The notes under the pieces: generated by a model | Databases searched by the model: none | The model's input: the letters and a program-made list of their open reading frames with translations, nothing else | What the model was told of the DNA's origin: nothing | Source of the DNA: a candidate division WOR-3 bacterium | GTDB taxonomy: Bacteria; Hydrothermota; Hydrothermia; LBFQ01 | DNA: 64,000 bases | Direction: 5' to 3' | Assembly (NCBI GenBank): GCA_027050205.1 | Contig: JALUCS010000093.1 | Coordinates: forward strand, 31,282 to 95,281 | Translations under genes and position numbers: made by a program | In this document: piece after piece, positions 29,741 to 40,021 of the stretch | Position numbering within the stretch: position 1 is the stretch's first letter | Layout of the letters: every line of letters begins with the position of its first letter

Positions 29741-32590
29741 GTGGAAAGGGTAGATAGGCTTTTCAGGATCCATCTGGCCATAACCTTCGGTTTGGTGGTC
29801 GGTACGGGAGTTTTGGTCTCCGCCGTCCTCCTCTGGAGGGGTTGGCCGTGGCTCGTACCCGCCCACATCATCCTATCGCTTGCCTTCCTCCTGTGGGTCA
29901 GGCCCTGGGACAAGAGGAGGTTCGTATGGTACCTTGAGGAGAGCAACCCCGCCCTACGGGAGAGGCTCGTATCCCTTTACGAGCTGGTGGAGAGGGGGGT
30001 ATCCCACCCCTCGGTGGAGAGGCTCCGGCGGGAGGTATCCTCCCAACCCTTCGGCTATCGCCCCAACTTCCGCCTCTTCCTGCCGTTTCTAATACCCTCC
30101 GCCCTGTTCCTCCTATCCGCCCTCGTTCCCTTCCCCCACAGGCCCCCTGTCATCTTCCGCCCGAAGGCCCTAAAGGTCCTCGCCGGGGACACCCTTAAGG
30201 TCTCCGGCCTCCGGGTGGGGGATACCCTCGTAGTCCGTATCGGCGAGGGAGGGGGAAGGGAGCGGTTTACCCTCGTCATCCGTGGTGAGACCAACAGGGA
30301 GGTACCCGTGGAGGGTACGGTCAGGCTGTACGACCTCCCTCCGGGTAGATACGTCCTAAGCGTCAAGGGGAGATCCGGTAAAGGAAATCTTGAGGTCCTA
30401 CCCCGTCCCGTCCTCTACGGTGTGGATGGCTACATCGTCCCCCCTCCCTACACCGGACTCGGAAAGCGTCCCCTTCAGAGGGAGAACGTAGCATACGAGT
30501 ACAGCACCTTTGACAGCCTCCGGATCCGGCACAGTGGGGACAGCGCCCACTTCGTCAATCTGCCGGATACCCTGAAGGAGGACGTTGAGGTCTTCGCAGA
30601 CGTCTTCCGGATGGGGGAGAGGTTCAGGTACCCCGCCTTCAAGGTCAGGGTGATAGAGGACAGGCCTCCGAGCGTAACCCTGCAGCCGACGGGGATACTG
30701 AAGACGGAGGGGGACGTACCGGGAGTGGTGGCGGCCTACGACGACATCGCCCTTAGGGACGTAGGCCTTTACGTGTATCAGGGGGGGAGGTGGGAGAGGA
30801 GTTCCCTCGGTCTCCGGGGCCGCACCCCCAACGCCTCGTACGACGTAACCTTCCGGGGAGGGGACACCCTTAAGGCCGTAGCCTACGCTGTGGACGTCGC
30901 CGGTCAGGTCTCCCTATCCGACACCCTCATACTTCTGCCCAAGGCACCGGAGGAGGTCCTTAAGGAGAAGCTCTTAACGGAGAAGGGGGAGGAGGTTAAG
31001 GAGCTTGAGAGGAGGCTGAAGGAACTGCAGGAGGACTTGGAGGTCTCCCAGAACCTATCGGAGGGGACGAAGAGGGAGATCTCCAGCGCCATAAAGGAGA
31101 CGGAGAGGACGTACAAGGACATAAAGGAGGCCCTTGACAGGATAGCCTCCCAGATAAGGGACCCGGACCTGGCCCGCCTCGTTATGGAGGTGCAGAGGCT
31201 GTTTCAGGAGAGTATGGACGAGGAGCTGGCCAAGGCCCTCCAAAAGCTCCAGGAGGCGATGCGGAAGATGGACCCCAAGGCCGTCGCCAAGGCCCTAAAG
31301 GACCTCCGCATGAACCAGAGGGAGTTGAGGGAGGAGCTGGAGAGGTTCAAGGCCCTCCTGAAAAGGTACGTACAGGAGAAGAGGCTCCGTGAAATGGCGG
31401 ATAGGCTCCAGGACCTCGCCACCAAGCAGGCGGAGATAGAGGGTAAGAGGTCCCCCTACGAGCAGGGGAAACTCCGCCGGGAGGTTGAGGATCTAAAGCG
31501 GAAGTTGGACAGTCTCAAGGAGGCCAAGGATATAAGTAAGGAGAACCTGAAGAGACTTGAGGAGCTGATGGACAAGGCGGAGAGGAGGATGGAGGCCGCA
31601 ATGAGGATGATGGAGAGCGGGGGGGACTTCCGGAGGGAGCAGAGGGAAGCCCGTAGGAACCTTGAGGAGGCCGCCCAGCTCGCCCAGAGGACGTACGAGG
31701 AGACGGTGGATAAAAGGAAGAGGGAGGTGGTGCAGACGCTTCAGGAGATAGGGGACGCCGCCGCCTTTATGGACATGCGTCTAGAGAGGGACCTAGGCGA
31801 GAAGACCCTTGAGGCGGGTAAGGCCGTATCCCTTGACATGGAGGCGAGGCTGAAGGAACTTTCCAAGAAGAGCGTCTTCGTATCCCCCAAGCTCTCCAAG
31901 ATAGCCCGTCTCGTACATAACGAGTTGGAGGCGGCTAGGCAGGAGCTGAAGAGCGGAGACAGGAAGGGGGCGGAGGCCCACGTAAAGCAGGCCCAGGCCC
32001 TCCTACGGACCCTCTCCCTTATGACTTCCTCCTCCGCCCAGGCCTGCCAGAACGCCGGGGGTTCAACGGGTATGGAGGCCTATATGAGACAGCTCGCCCG
32101 GATGGCGGGGGAACAGAACAGCATATCCCAACAGCTCGGTAAGGGGATGACCTCCGAGCAGCTCGCCGAGATGCTCGCCCGCCAGATGGCCCTCCGCAAG
32201 GCCCTTGAGGGGTTGATAGAGGGGATGAGGAGCAGGGGCGCCCCCTCCGACGCCCTCAACCGAATGGAGGAGGCCCTAAGGGAGATGAAGGAGCTGGAGA
32301 GGCAGATGAGGTCGCCCGACGCCCTCAAGAGGGCGGAGGAGCTGAAGAGGAGGGCGCATCGCATCACCATACGCCTCCTTGAGGCCCGCAAGGCCCTCCG
32401 ACGCCAGAGGACGGAACCGAAGTACGAGGCCCAGAGGCCCAAGCCCTTCAAGGTTGAGAGGGCGCACATCAAACCCGTCATAGACAGGGAGAGGATCGTA
32501 GAGATATACCGGAGGTACCTGCGGGAGGGTAAGCTCTCCCCGGAGGAGAGGAGGCTCTACGAGAGGTACATAAGGGGGATATTAGAGTAG
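29741..32590 (+). CDS. Large membrane-anchored coiled-coil protein (DUF4175-like)
   Basis: N-terminal TMs, PPPYTG, DRPP and DD motifs, long coiled coil. Start moved to GTG 29741, 8 nt after TAAAAT, since the longer ORF overlaps efp. Confidence 0.7.
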   Translation: MERVDRLFRIHLAITFGLVVGTGVLVSAVLLWRGWPWLVPAHIILSLAFLLWVRPWDKRRFVWYLEESNPALRERLVSLYELVERGVSHPSVERLRREVSSQPFGYRPNFRLFLPFLIPSALFLLSALVPFPHRPPVIFRPKALKVLAGDTLKVSGLRVGDTLVVRIGEGGGRERFTLVIRGETNREVPVEGTVRLYDLPPGRYVLSVKGRSGKGNLEVLPRPVLYGVDGYIVPPPYTGLGKRPLQRENVAYEYSTFDSLRIRHSGDSAHFVNLPDTLKEDVEVFADVFRMGERFRYPAFKVRVIEDRPPSVTLQPTGILKTEGDVPGVVAAYDDIALRDVGLYVYQGGRWERSSLGLRGRTPNASYDVTFRGGDTLKAVAYAVDVAGQVSLSDTLILLPKAPEEVLKEKLLTEKGEEVKELERRLKELQEDLEVSQNLSEGTKREISSAIKETERTYKDIKEALDRIASQIRDPDLARLVMEVQRLFQESMDEELAKALQKLQEAMRKMDPKAVAKALKDLRMNQRELREELERFKALLKRYVQEKRLREMADRLQDLATKQAEIEGKRSPYEQGKLRREVEDLKRKLDSLKEAKDISKENLKRLEELMDKAERRMEAAMRMMESGGDFRREQREARRNLEEAAQLAQRTYEETVDKRKREVVQTLQEIGDAAAFMDMRLERDLGEKTLEAGKAVSLDMEARLKELSKKSVFVSPKLSKIARLVHNELEAARQELKSGDRKGAEAHVKQAQALLRTLSLMTSSSAQACQNAGGSTGMEAYMRQLARMAGEQNSISQQLGKGMTSEQLAEMLARQMALRKALEGLIEGMRSRGAPSDALNRMEEALREMKELERQMRSPDALKRAEELKRRAHRITIRLLEARKALRRQRTEPKYEAQRPKPFKVERAHIKPVIDRERIVEIYRRYLREGKLSPEERRLYERYIRGILE

Positions 32591-33589
32591 GTGGAGCAGG
32601 ACCTCCCGGAGGGCGAGAAAGGGGGAGCCTCCGCCGGAGGCTTCCATCTGGATGGAGAGGAATAGGTAGAGGGCGTAGAGGGAGAGGAAGACCATCCCCC
32701 TCCTCCTGCCGAGGAGTTTCCCTCCGCCGGTTAGGGCGAAGAGGAGGAAGAGAAAAGTAGCAAACAGGAGGAAGAGGACGTCAAAGACCGCCCTCCTTGG
32801 CAGTGAGATGGGGTTTATGAGGGCGCTAAGGCCGAGGATCATAGCAACGTTGAAGATGTTGGAGCCGGAGACGTTGCCGAGGGCTATGTAGGGGTTGCCT
32901 CTAAGGGCGGCGAGGGTGGAGGTGACCAACTCCGGCAGGGAGGTGCCAACGGCCAGGACGAATAGGCCGACGAAGACCTCGCTTATGCCGAGATGATGGG
33001 CGAAGGAAACCGCCCCGTCCAAGGCCCACTCCGATCCGAAGGCCAGGGCTACGCTGCCCCCGAACACCCTCAAGAGGGCCTTGGGAACCGTACCGTCTAC
33101 ACCCTCTACCTCCATCCCCTCCCCCTTGGAGCGGAAGATGGTGAGATAAAGGTAAATAGCGAAGAACAGGAGTAGGATGAGGCCCTCCGTACGGGATATG
33201 AGCAGACCACCGGAGCTTGGGAGGAGTACGAGGGTGACCAGGAGGAGGACGAGTAGGAGGTTGGCGGGAAGTTCCCTCTTTAGGATGAGGGCGTGGCTCT
33301 TTAAGGGGGAGACGAGGGCGGTTATACCGAGGATCAGGAGGATGTTGGCGACGTTGGAGCCGACTATGTTTCCTACCGTTATCCCCGCCTCCCCCCTAAA
33401 ACTGGCCAGAACGTTTATTACCAGCTCCGGCAGTGAGGTACCGAAGGCCACCACCGTGAGACCCACCAACAACTCCGGCACCCTCAACCTCCGCGACAGG
33501 AAAACCGCACCGTCCAAGAGGTGATCCGCCCCCTTTATCACCACCGCCAACCCCACGACCACCAAGAGGACGTCCTTCACCACCCCCAT
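32582..33589 (-). CDS. Ca2+/Na+ antiporter (YrbG/CaCA family)
   Basis: Two GTSLPE alpha repeats and GNIVGSN. Confidence 0.93.
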   Translation of the reverse strand: MGVVKDVLLVVVGLAVVIKGADHLLDGAVFLSRRLRVPELLVGLTVVAFGTSLPELVINVLASFRGEAGITVGNIVGSNVANILLILGITALVSPLKSHALILKRELPANLLLVLLLVTLVLLPSSGGLLISRTEGLILLLFFAIYLYLTIFRSKGEGMEVEGVDGTVPKALLRVFGGSVALAFGSEWALDGAVSFAHHLGISEVFVGLFVLAVGTSLPELVTSTLAALRGNPYIALGNVSGSNIFNVAMILGLSALINPISLPRRAVFDVLFLLFATFLFLLFALTGGGKLLGRRRGMVFLSLYALYLFLSIQMEASGGGSPFLALREVLLHLL

Positions 33590-33629
33590 ACCAAAAGTGT
33601 AAATTCTAAATCCGAACGCCCCGGTGCGG

Positions 33630-35606
33630 CTACCTCACCACGACCTTGAGGAGCCTACCTCCCGCCCTTACGAAGTAGACCCCCGGACGCTTCAGGGTGT
33701 AGGAGTCCTTGAAGCGGGCCACCAACCTACCGGATGCATCGTAGAGGACGGCGGAGCCTTCCACCTCAACCGTACGGCCCACAACCCTAACCGAAGAAGG
33801 GGGAGTGGAGGGGCGGGCCTCGGCTACCGACGTCATCTCACCGCACGTGTGGCCCGTGGCCACCTTCAGGAGGGTGTTGTTCCGGTCGTTGAGACTTACG
33901 AAGAGGAAGATGGGATCGTCGGGGGAGGTGCATTCCGGCCATACGTCCATACCCACGACGAGGGGGAGGGAGTCGGCCTCTAAGAGGGTCCCACCGTAGG
34001 AAACCCTGAATATCTGGCTGACGTGCATTCCCCCGTAATACACCTCGTTGAGGGGCTTGAAGACGGAGATGTCTAGGAGCGTCCCCCCGGAGGCGTTGGG
34101 GAAGGTGCCGACCGTGTCTTTGGCGGCTACGTCTATCTTGTAGATGGAGTTGGACCCCTGTCCGTAAACTCCCCAGAGCAGCCCCGTGGATGCGTCCCAG
34201 TCCATACCGGCCATGTAGCCGCCGCTCTCAACGTTGGACCATACGTCAAGACTGTCTACGAGGTTGCCGTTGCTGTCGTAGTATCCTATCACGCTCCCCG
34301 TGATGGAGGAGCCATCGTATCCGAAGTGGGAGACGTAGAAGCGGCCGTTCCCGTAGGCTATGCCCCAAGCGTAGTCGTCCCCGCCGAAGAAGGGATGGAG
34401 GCCCAGAGAGGACAGGTCCAAGGTGCCTGACGGGTCGTCGGGGTCAAAGGTCAAGACACCCCTCGGATTGAGGGAGACGACGTAGAAGTTGCCACTGTCC
34501 GGGACGTAGGTCATACCGGCGAAGCTGTATCCGCTCCCATCCCCTATATCGGGGAACTGCCACCTCCTTACCACCTCTCCGAAGAGGTAAACGGTGCGCA
34601 CATAGGTTGAGGCCGTATCGTTGTAATGCACCGTATCCGCCGGCTCTACAGCCATTACCTCCACCCTATAGACCTTACTTGGCGAAGGGGTGAAGGGGTC
34701 AAAGGTCACCTCAACGGTGGAGGTCTCCGGTATGGCTACAGTCTGGGTATCGCTGAAGGCCAGGGTTGAGGAGGAGGTGTCGTAGACGTTCAGGATCACT
34801 GCCGTGGAGGTCGTGGGGACGAGTCCGCCGTTTTCCACCGTCGCCCTAAAGGATATGGGGGCAACATCTATGGGACCCGAAGGGGAGACCTCCAAGGCCC
34901 CTACGTTGTAGTCTATGGGGACGGGGTAGTAGAACATAATAACGGTACCGCTGTCGGGGATGTGGGAAGACGGGTTCCCGTTATAGACGTACTCCATATA
35001 GTAATCGTTGAGGGTGTCGGCTCCGGAGTTCTGGATACCTACGGTGGCGTCCCCGTAATCTACGGCGGAGTTGTACTGGAGCTTTATGTTCCCGTTGTCG
35101 TAGAGGATCACCTCAAAGTTCATCAACAGGCTCCCTCCAAACCTCGGTACGTTGTGCCACTCAACTACGGCGCAGGCTCCGGAGTACCCGTCGGGACAGG
35201 AGGAGAAGGACTGGAAGTATATGTCGTCAGCCCCAGAGCCGTTGGGGTTGAGGTCGTTCCACAGGGCAGCGATGAAACCGGCAGACGTGGAGGTGTAGGG
35301 TAGGGCGTAGTTGGAAAAGCCAAGGTATGTGCTTAAGTCCCGCAGGATCACGGTTCCGTTGGAACATATGGAAATGGAGTCCGTTACCCCATCGTAGAAG
35401 GGGAAGGAGAAGCCGAGGTAGTAGAGTCTTGAAGCCGAGTACCCCGAACACCAGTCGTCGGTAGCCCCCGTAGGGGTACCGGTGGTTGAGATCTCTATCC
35501 AGTTCATCACTACGGAGTCTCCGTCCTGCGTGGACCTGTACCTGTAGCCGTACCCGTCCGGTCCGCCTGCGAGGGGTGTTATCCCTGCAAAGATAACGTT
35601 TAGCAT
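33630..35606 (-). CDS. Secreted/surface protein with T9SS-like C-terminal sorting domain
   Basis: GGPDGYGY N-terminus, nidogen-like and beta-propeller-like regions, C-terminal LYDASGRLV...PGVYFVR...KVVVR. ATG 35606 lies 8 nt after TAAAAT. Confidence 0.7.
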   Translation of the reverse strand: MLNVIFAGITPLAGGPDGYGYRYRSTQDGDSVVMNWIEISTTGTPTGATDDWCSGYSASRLYYLGFSFPFYDGVTDSISICSNGTVILRDLSTYLGFSNYALPYTSTSAGFIAALWNDLNPNGSGADDIYFQSFSSCPDGYSGACAVVEWHNVPRFGGSLLMNFEVILYDNGNIKLQYNSAVDYGDATVGIQNSGADTLNDYYMEYVYNGNPSSHIPDSGTVIMFYYPVPIDYNVGALEVSPSGPIDVAPISFRATVENGGLVPTTSTAVILNVYDTSSSTLAFSDTQTVAIPETSTVEVTFDPFTPSPSKVYRVEVMAVEPADTVHYNDTASTYVRTVYLFGEVVRRWQFPDIGDGSGYSFAGMTYVPDSGNFYVVSLNPRGVLTFDPDDPSGTLDLSSLGLHPFFGGDDYAWGIAYGNGRFYVSHFGYDGSSITGSVIGYYDSNGNLVDSLDVWSNVESGGYMAGMDWDASTGLLWGVYGQGSNSIYKIDVAAKDTVGTFPNASGGTLLDISVFKPLNEVYYGGMHVSQIFRVSYGGTLLEADSLPLVVGMDVWPECTSPDDPIFLFVSLNDRNNTLLKVATGHTCGEMTSVAEARPSTPPSSVRVVGRTVEVEGSAVLYDASGRLVARFKDSYTLKRPGVYFVRAGGRLLKVVVR

Positions 35607-35673
35607 GACCCAGAATTTTAAACCGGATGTCGGAACTTTTGGCCGGGTGTAGCGGCTGTAAAATTTTCTCTCT

Positions 35674-36192
35674 ATGAGTGTAGTTGTGGGCATAGCTCTA
35701 TTTACCTTTCTAGGGATGGTCCTCTACGTCGCCGGTACGGTCGCTGGCATCGTACTCCCCGTACTCTCCGACCTCCCCGAGTACAGCAGCAGCGACTACT
35801 CCTGCAATGAGGTAGATACGGTCGTTGTGGATACGGAGGCGAAGAGGATAAAACTGACCGACAGGTGCTACTACGTTAAGGTCGACGCCCCGGTAGGGAG
35901 GATGAACGTATCCGTCGGGACGGTGGAGGTGGGCAGTGAGGTGGGCCATCTGGAGATATACGTAGGGAACGTAATAAACAGGGGACGCATAGACACGCTG
36001 CGTTTGAGCGTGGGAGACGTAAAAAACGAGGGGAATATCGGGTTCCTAAAGGTTAGCATAGGGGACGTGGATAACGGGGGGACCTTAGGCTCCGTAGAGG
36101 TCGGGATAGGGGACGTCCGAGGGAACGGGAAGATAAAAGGAGAGGTCTCCATCGGGATAGGGGATCTGGAGCGGGCCGAAGGACAGGATTAG
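35674..36192 (+). CDS. Hypothetical membrane-anchored protein with beta-solenoid-like repeats
   Basis: N-terminal TM, then ~17-aa repeats of the form (I/V)GDVxNxGxIxxLxVS. Confidence 0.6.
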   Translation: MSVVVGIALFTFLGMVLYVAGTVAGIVLPVLSDLPEYSSSDYSCNEVDTVVVDTEAKRIKLTDRCYYVKVDAPVGRMNVSVGTVEVGSEVGHLEIYVGNVINRGRIDTLRLSVGDVKNEGNIGFLKVSIGDVDNGGTLGSVEVGIGDVRGNGKIKGEVSIGIGDLERAEGQD

Positions 36193-36202
36193 AATACCAA
36201 CT

Positions 36203-36511
36203 ATGAAGGACGTAGATGCCAAGCAGTTCTGGGAGGAGGTAAAGGATGGGACGGTGGTAGTAGACCTTTGGGCGGACTGGTGCCGTCCCTGCAAGGCGAT
36301 AGAGCCTTACCTCTACGAGCTTGCCAAGGTCTATACGGACGTTAAGTTCATCCGCTTGAACACGGACGAGAATCCGGAGGTTCCGATGGAGTTGGGGGTC
36401 GTGAGCATCCCGACTATCCTCTTCTTCAAGGACGGCAAGGAGGTGAAGCGGATAGTTGGAGCCAAGCCCAAGCACGTGTATAAGAAGGCGTTGGAGGAGG
36501 TGAGGGGATAG
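36203..36511 (+). CDS. trxA: Thioredoxin
   Basis: WADWCRPCK, SIPT and FKDG. Confidence 0.93.
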   Translation: MKDVDAKQFWEEVKDGTVVVDLWADWCRPCKAIEPYLYELAKVYTDVKFIRLNTDENPEVPMELGVVSIPTILFFKDGKEVKRIVGAKPKHVYKKALEEVRG

Positions 36512-36933
36512 GCCGTCGGAGGTTGGTATTTGGCTGATAGGGAGATGTATTCCCCAATGTAAGGAGTTTTTCGTACTGCATATGCCAGAACGATTTCCGT
36601 TTAAAGGTGGGGCGTATTACTTGATGCGGTCCAAGATTTGGGGATTCTACTAATAGAATGGCGATTGCCCCGCAGTCTCATCAAACGGGAAAATAAAGGA
36701 ATTTTGGAATTCTTCGGAGATATTTGCAGAATTTTAGGCAACTTAATAGCAATAACCGCATATTTTCACAAATTTACGAGGCATTTCCATATCTTATACA
36801 TTTTTCCTGATGACTCAAAAATTCAGAAGTTCTACGAGACTATGCGGACGGTGGATTACCCCCTCTATCGGCTTAATACCGGTGGGCCATCTCCCAGCAG
36901 TGTAATCCACATTTGAAGACAATTCCTGATCGC

Positions 36934-37554
36934 TTACCTCCCCTTTTTCCCGTACTTGTAGTAATAGTACGTATCCCTGTAGGGATGTGAGGGGTCCTCT
37001 TCCAAGGCGTCCTTGAGATCGGAGAAGGGTGAGGGTGTCGTGGTGAAGATGTCCAACGTTCTTTCCCTATCATCGCCGTAGAAGAGGTAGTAGGAGTGTT
37101 TGTATATCTTCCGCCCATCTATCTCATCAACAACGGCCGACTTTATGTAGAATATCTGGGAGAGGTTTATGTGGAGAATGTTTCCATCCAACAGCTCCGC
37201 CTTTATCCACCCTTTCCTTTTCATCGCTTCAACCTCCTCCTTTGTTGGGTGTTTTATTGGGGATATACGACCACTTTTTGTAAATTTTTCGTACTTTTCC
37301 CTATAATCCTCAAAATAATGAATCTTCACTTCAGCGTTGTTCATGTCGTAAAGCGGGTACGGGCATACCGTCATAACCTCTACGAAGTACATATCAATGA
37401 AATACGAGTGGTAGGGGTAGTATCTGTGTTTCCACACGTTTAGATCGCCGATTTTACCAATCACAAACGAATCCACATAGACGATCGTATTGAGGCCTAT
37501 ATATGAAACCTCTCCATCAATTCCTCTTATCTCTATCAGGTCCTCGCCCTTCAC
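36934..37554 (-). CDS. Hypothetical low-GC protein with two internal repeats
   Basis: 206-aa ORF, visibly more AT-rich than its neighbours. TAAAAT 7 nt before GTG. Confidence 0.65.
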   Translation of the reverse strand: MKGEDLIEIRGIDGEVSYIGLNTIVYVDSFVIGKIGDLNVWKHRYYPYHSYFIDMYFVEVMTVCPYPLYDMNNAEVKIHYFEDYREKYEKFTKSGRISPIKHPTKEEVEAMKRKGWIKAELLDGNILHINLSQIFYIKSAVVDEIDGRKIYKHSYYLFYGDDRERTLDIFTTTPSPFSDLKDALEEDPSHPYRDTYYYYKYGKKGR

Positions 37555-37656
37555 GTCCTCTATTTTAAGGGTGCCATCGCAACGGGGCCGTAGCCGCCCA
37601 CCGAATCCTCGTTGAGCCTACCCAACCGGTACGATCCGACAGTAGAATAGACGACT

Positions 37657-38529
37657 ATGGCCATACTTCTAACCAAGGACAACCGCGTCATCGTCCAAGG
37701 GATAACCGGCAGGGACGGCTCCTTCCACACCAAGCTGATGTTAGAGTACGGCACCAACATCGTGGGTGGCGTCACCCCCGGAAAGGGTGGGCAAGAGGTC
37801 CACGGCGTCCCCGTCTTCAACACCGTTAAGGAGGCCGTCAAGGAGACCGGGGCGGACACCAGCATAATCTTCGTGCCAGCGAAGTTCGCCGCCGATGCTA
37901 TGATGGAGGCTATAGACGCCGGCATAAAGCTCGTGGTCACCATAACCGAGGGCATCCCCGTAAACGACGTTATGAAGGCCAAGCTCTTCGCCGAGGAGAG
38001 GGGCGCCCGGATAATAGGACCCAACTGCCCCGGCCTCATCACCCCCGGTCAGGCCAAGGTGGGTATAATGCCCGGTCATATCTTCAAGGAGGGGGGTGTC
38101 GGGGTCGTATCCCGCAGCGGTACCCTCACCTACGAGATAGTCTCCCACCTGACGGCCAACGGCTTCGGCCAGAGTACGGCCATCGGTATAGGTGGGGACC
38201 CCATCATCGGGACCAAGTTCATAGATGCCCTTAGGCTCTTCAAGGACGACCCCCAGACCGAGGCCGTGGTCCTGATAGGGGAGATAGGGGGTACGGACGA
38301 GCAGGATGCCGCCGATTACATAGCCAAGGAGTTCAACAAGCCCGTGGTGGCCTTCATCGCCGGCCGCACCGCCCCCAAGGAGAAGAGGATGGGCCACGCC
38401 GGCGCCATAATAATGGGGTCCGAAGGGACCTACGAGGAGAAGAGAAAGAAGTTTGAGAGCGTGGGCGTACCCGTCGCCGATCTTCCGGAGGAGGTGCCGA
38501 AGCTCCTCAAAGACCTCCTGAAGAGGTGA
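37657..38529 (+). CDS. sucD: Succinyl-CoA synthetase alpha subunit
   Basis: [21 protein letters not shown] and MGHAGA. Confidence 0.97.
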   Translation: MAILLTKDNRVIVQGITGRDGSFHTKLMLEYGTNIVGGVTPGKGGQEVHGVPVFNTVKEAVKETGADTSIIFVPAKFAADAMMEAIDAGIKLVVTITEGIPVNDVMKAKLFAEERGARIIGPNCPGLITPGQAKVGIMPGHIFKEGGVGVVSRSGTLTYEIVSHLTANGFGQSTAIGIGGDPIIGTKFIDALRLFKDDPQTEAVVLIGEIGGTDEQDAADYIAKEFNKPVVAFIAGRTAPKEKRMGHAGAIIMGSEGTYEEKRKKFESVGVPVADLPEEVPKLLKDLLKR

Positions 38530-38575
38530 GCGGTAGGGGAGGGCCTCCGTCCTCCCCCGTTATACTACCCTCCTA

Positions 38576-39949
38576 ATGAAGTTCTACCCAGCGATAGGGC
38601 TTGAGGTCCATATAGAGCTGAAAACGAAGAGCAAGATGTTCTGCTCCTGTCCGGTGGGGGAGTGGGAGGAGCCGAATACGGCAGTCTGCCCGGTCTGTAT
38701 GGGACACCCCGGAACCCTCCCCGTACCCAACAGGGGGGCGGTGGTCTTCGCCGTCGCCCTCGGCCTATCTTTGGACGGTGAAATCTCCCGCGTCTCCCAG
38801 TTCTACCGGAAGAACTACTTCTACCCCGACCTACCCAAGGGGTACCAGATAACCCAGTACTCCGTCCCCATAGTAAGGGACGCCAACCTCTTCGGCGTCC
38901 GGATAGAGCGGATAAACCTTGAGGAGGAGACCGCCAAGTCCCTCCATATGGAGGACGGGAGCGTCCTCCTGGACTTCAACCGGGCGGGTATCCCGCTCCT
39001 TGAGATCGTCTCCGCCCCGGACATAAGGGAGCCGGAGGAGGCCAAACGGTACCTCGTAGCCCTCCAATCGCTGGTCAGGTTCCTCGGTATATCCGACGCC
39101 CACCTGGAAAAGGGGCAGATGAGGGTGGACGTCAACGTCTCCGTATCGCCGGACCCGGAGCGTCTCGGCACCAAGGTTGAGATAAAGAACCTCAACTCCT
39201 TCAAGGCCGTAGCCGACGCCATCCGGTACGAGATAAGGCGTCAGAGTGAGGTCCTCGCCTCCGGGGGTGAGATCCGCCACGAGACCCGTATGTGGGACGG
39301 GAAGAGGACGGCCGTAATGAGGGTGAAGGAGACGGAGAGCGACTATCGCTACTTCCCGGAGCCGGACATCCCACCCCTATACGTGGATGAGAGCATATTG
39401 AAGGAGGCGGAGGGTATGTTGGTGGAGTTGCCTTGGGAGAGGCAGAGGAGGTACGAGGAGGAAGGGGTACCCTCCCATTTGGCCGGTGTTATAGCATACG
39501 ATAGGGACCTGACCGAGGCCTACGAGAGGGTTAAGGCCATAGACCCGAAGCTGACGGCCGACCTGCTCCTGAACGTCGTCCTCGGCAAGTTGAACAAGGC
39601 CGGGAAGTCCTTAAAAGAGTTTGATATAGACGGATTCGGAGACTTCGTAAGGGCCTTCAAGGAGGGCAAGTTCGTAAGGGACTACCTCAAGGAGGGGATA
39701 GAGAGGCACATAAGCGAGGGGTGGCCTTTCGCAAAGGTGATAGAGGACGCCCCCAAGGTGGAGAGGGTGGATATAAGGCCCTTCGTTGAGGACCTGATAA
39801 GGAACAACCCGAAGGAGGTTGAAAAGTACCGGAAAGGGCAGAAGGGGGTCATAGGTTTCTTCGTCGGTCAGGTTATGAGGAGATACAGGGGGAAGGTAGA
39901 CCCGCGGGAGGTCCGTAAGGTGGTGGAGGAGATGTTGGAGGGGGGATAG
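38576..39949 (+). CDS. gatB: Asp/Glu-tRNA amidotransferase subunit B
   Basis: IGLEVH, FYRKNYFYPDLPKGYQI and DYRYFPEPD. Confidence 0.97.
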   Translation: MKFYPAIGLEVHIELKTKSKMFCSCPVGEWEEPNTAVCPVCMGHPGTLPVPNRGAVVFAVALGLSLDGEISRVSQFYRKNYFYPDLPKGYQITQYSVPIVRDANLFGVRIERINLEEETAKSLHMEDGSVLLDFNRAGIPLLEIVSAPDIREPEEAKRYLVALQSLVRFLGISDAHLEKGQMRVDVNVSVSPDPERLGTKVEIKNLNSFKAVADAIRYEIRRQSEVLASGGEIRHETRMWDGKRTAVMRVKETESDYRYFPEPDIPPLYVDESILKEAEGMLVELPWERQRRYEEEGVPSHLAGVIAYDRDLTEAYERVKAIDPKLTADLLLNVVLGKLNKAGKSLKEFDIDGFGDFVRAFKEGKFVRDYLKEGIERHISEGWPFAKVIEDAPKVERVDIRPFVEDLIRNNPKEVEKYRKGQKGVIGFFVGQVMRRYRGKVDPREVRKVVEEMLEGG

Positions 39950-40021
39950 CACCTCCTAAACTCAATAGTACTTAACTTTATAGTGCAAAAAGTGTAAGTT
40001 TCCGGGATATACTACCCACTT

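Noticed and set aside
38536..38557. Hairpin after sucD as an intrinsic terminator
   Set aside because: The stem is good but there is no U-tract, so it was left uncalled.
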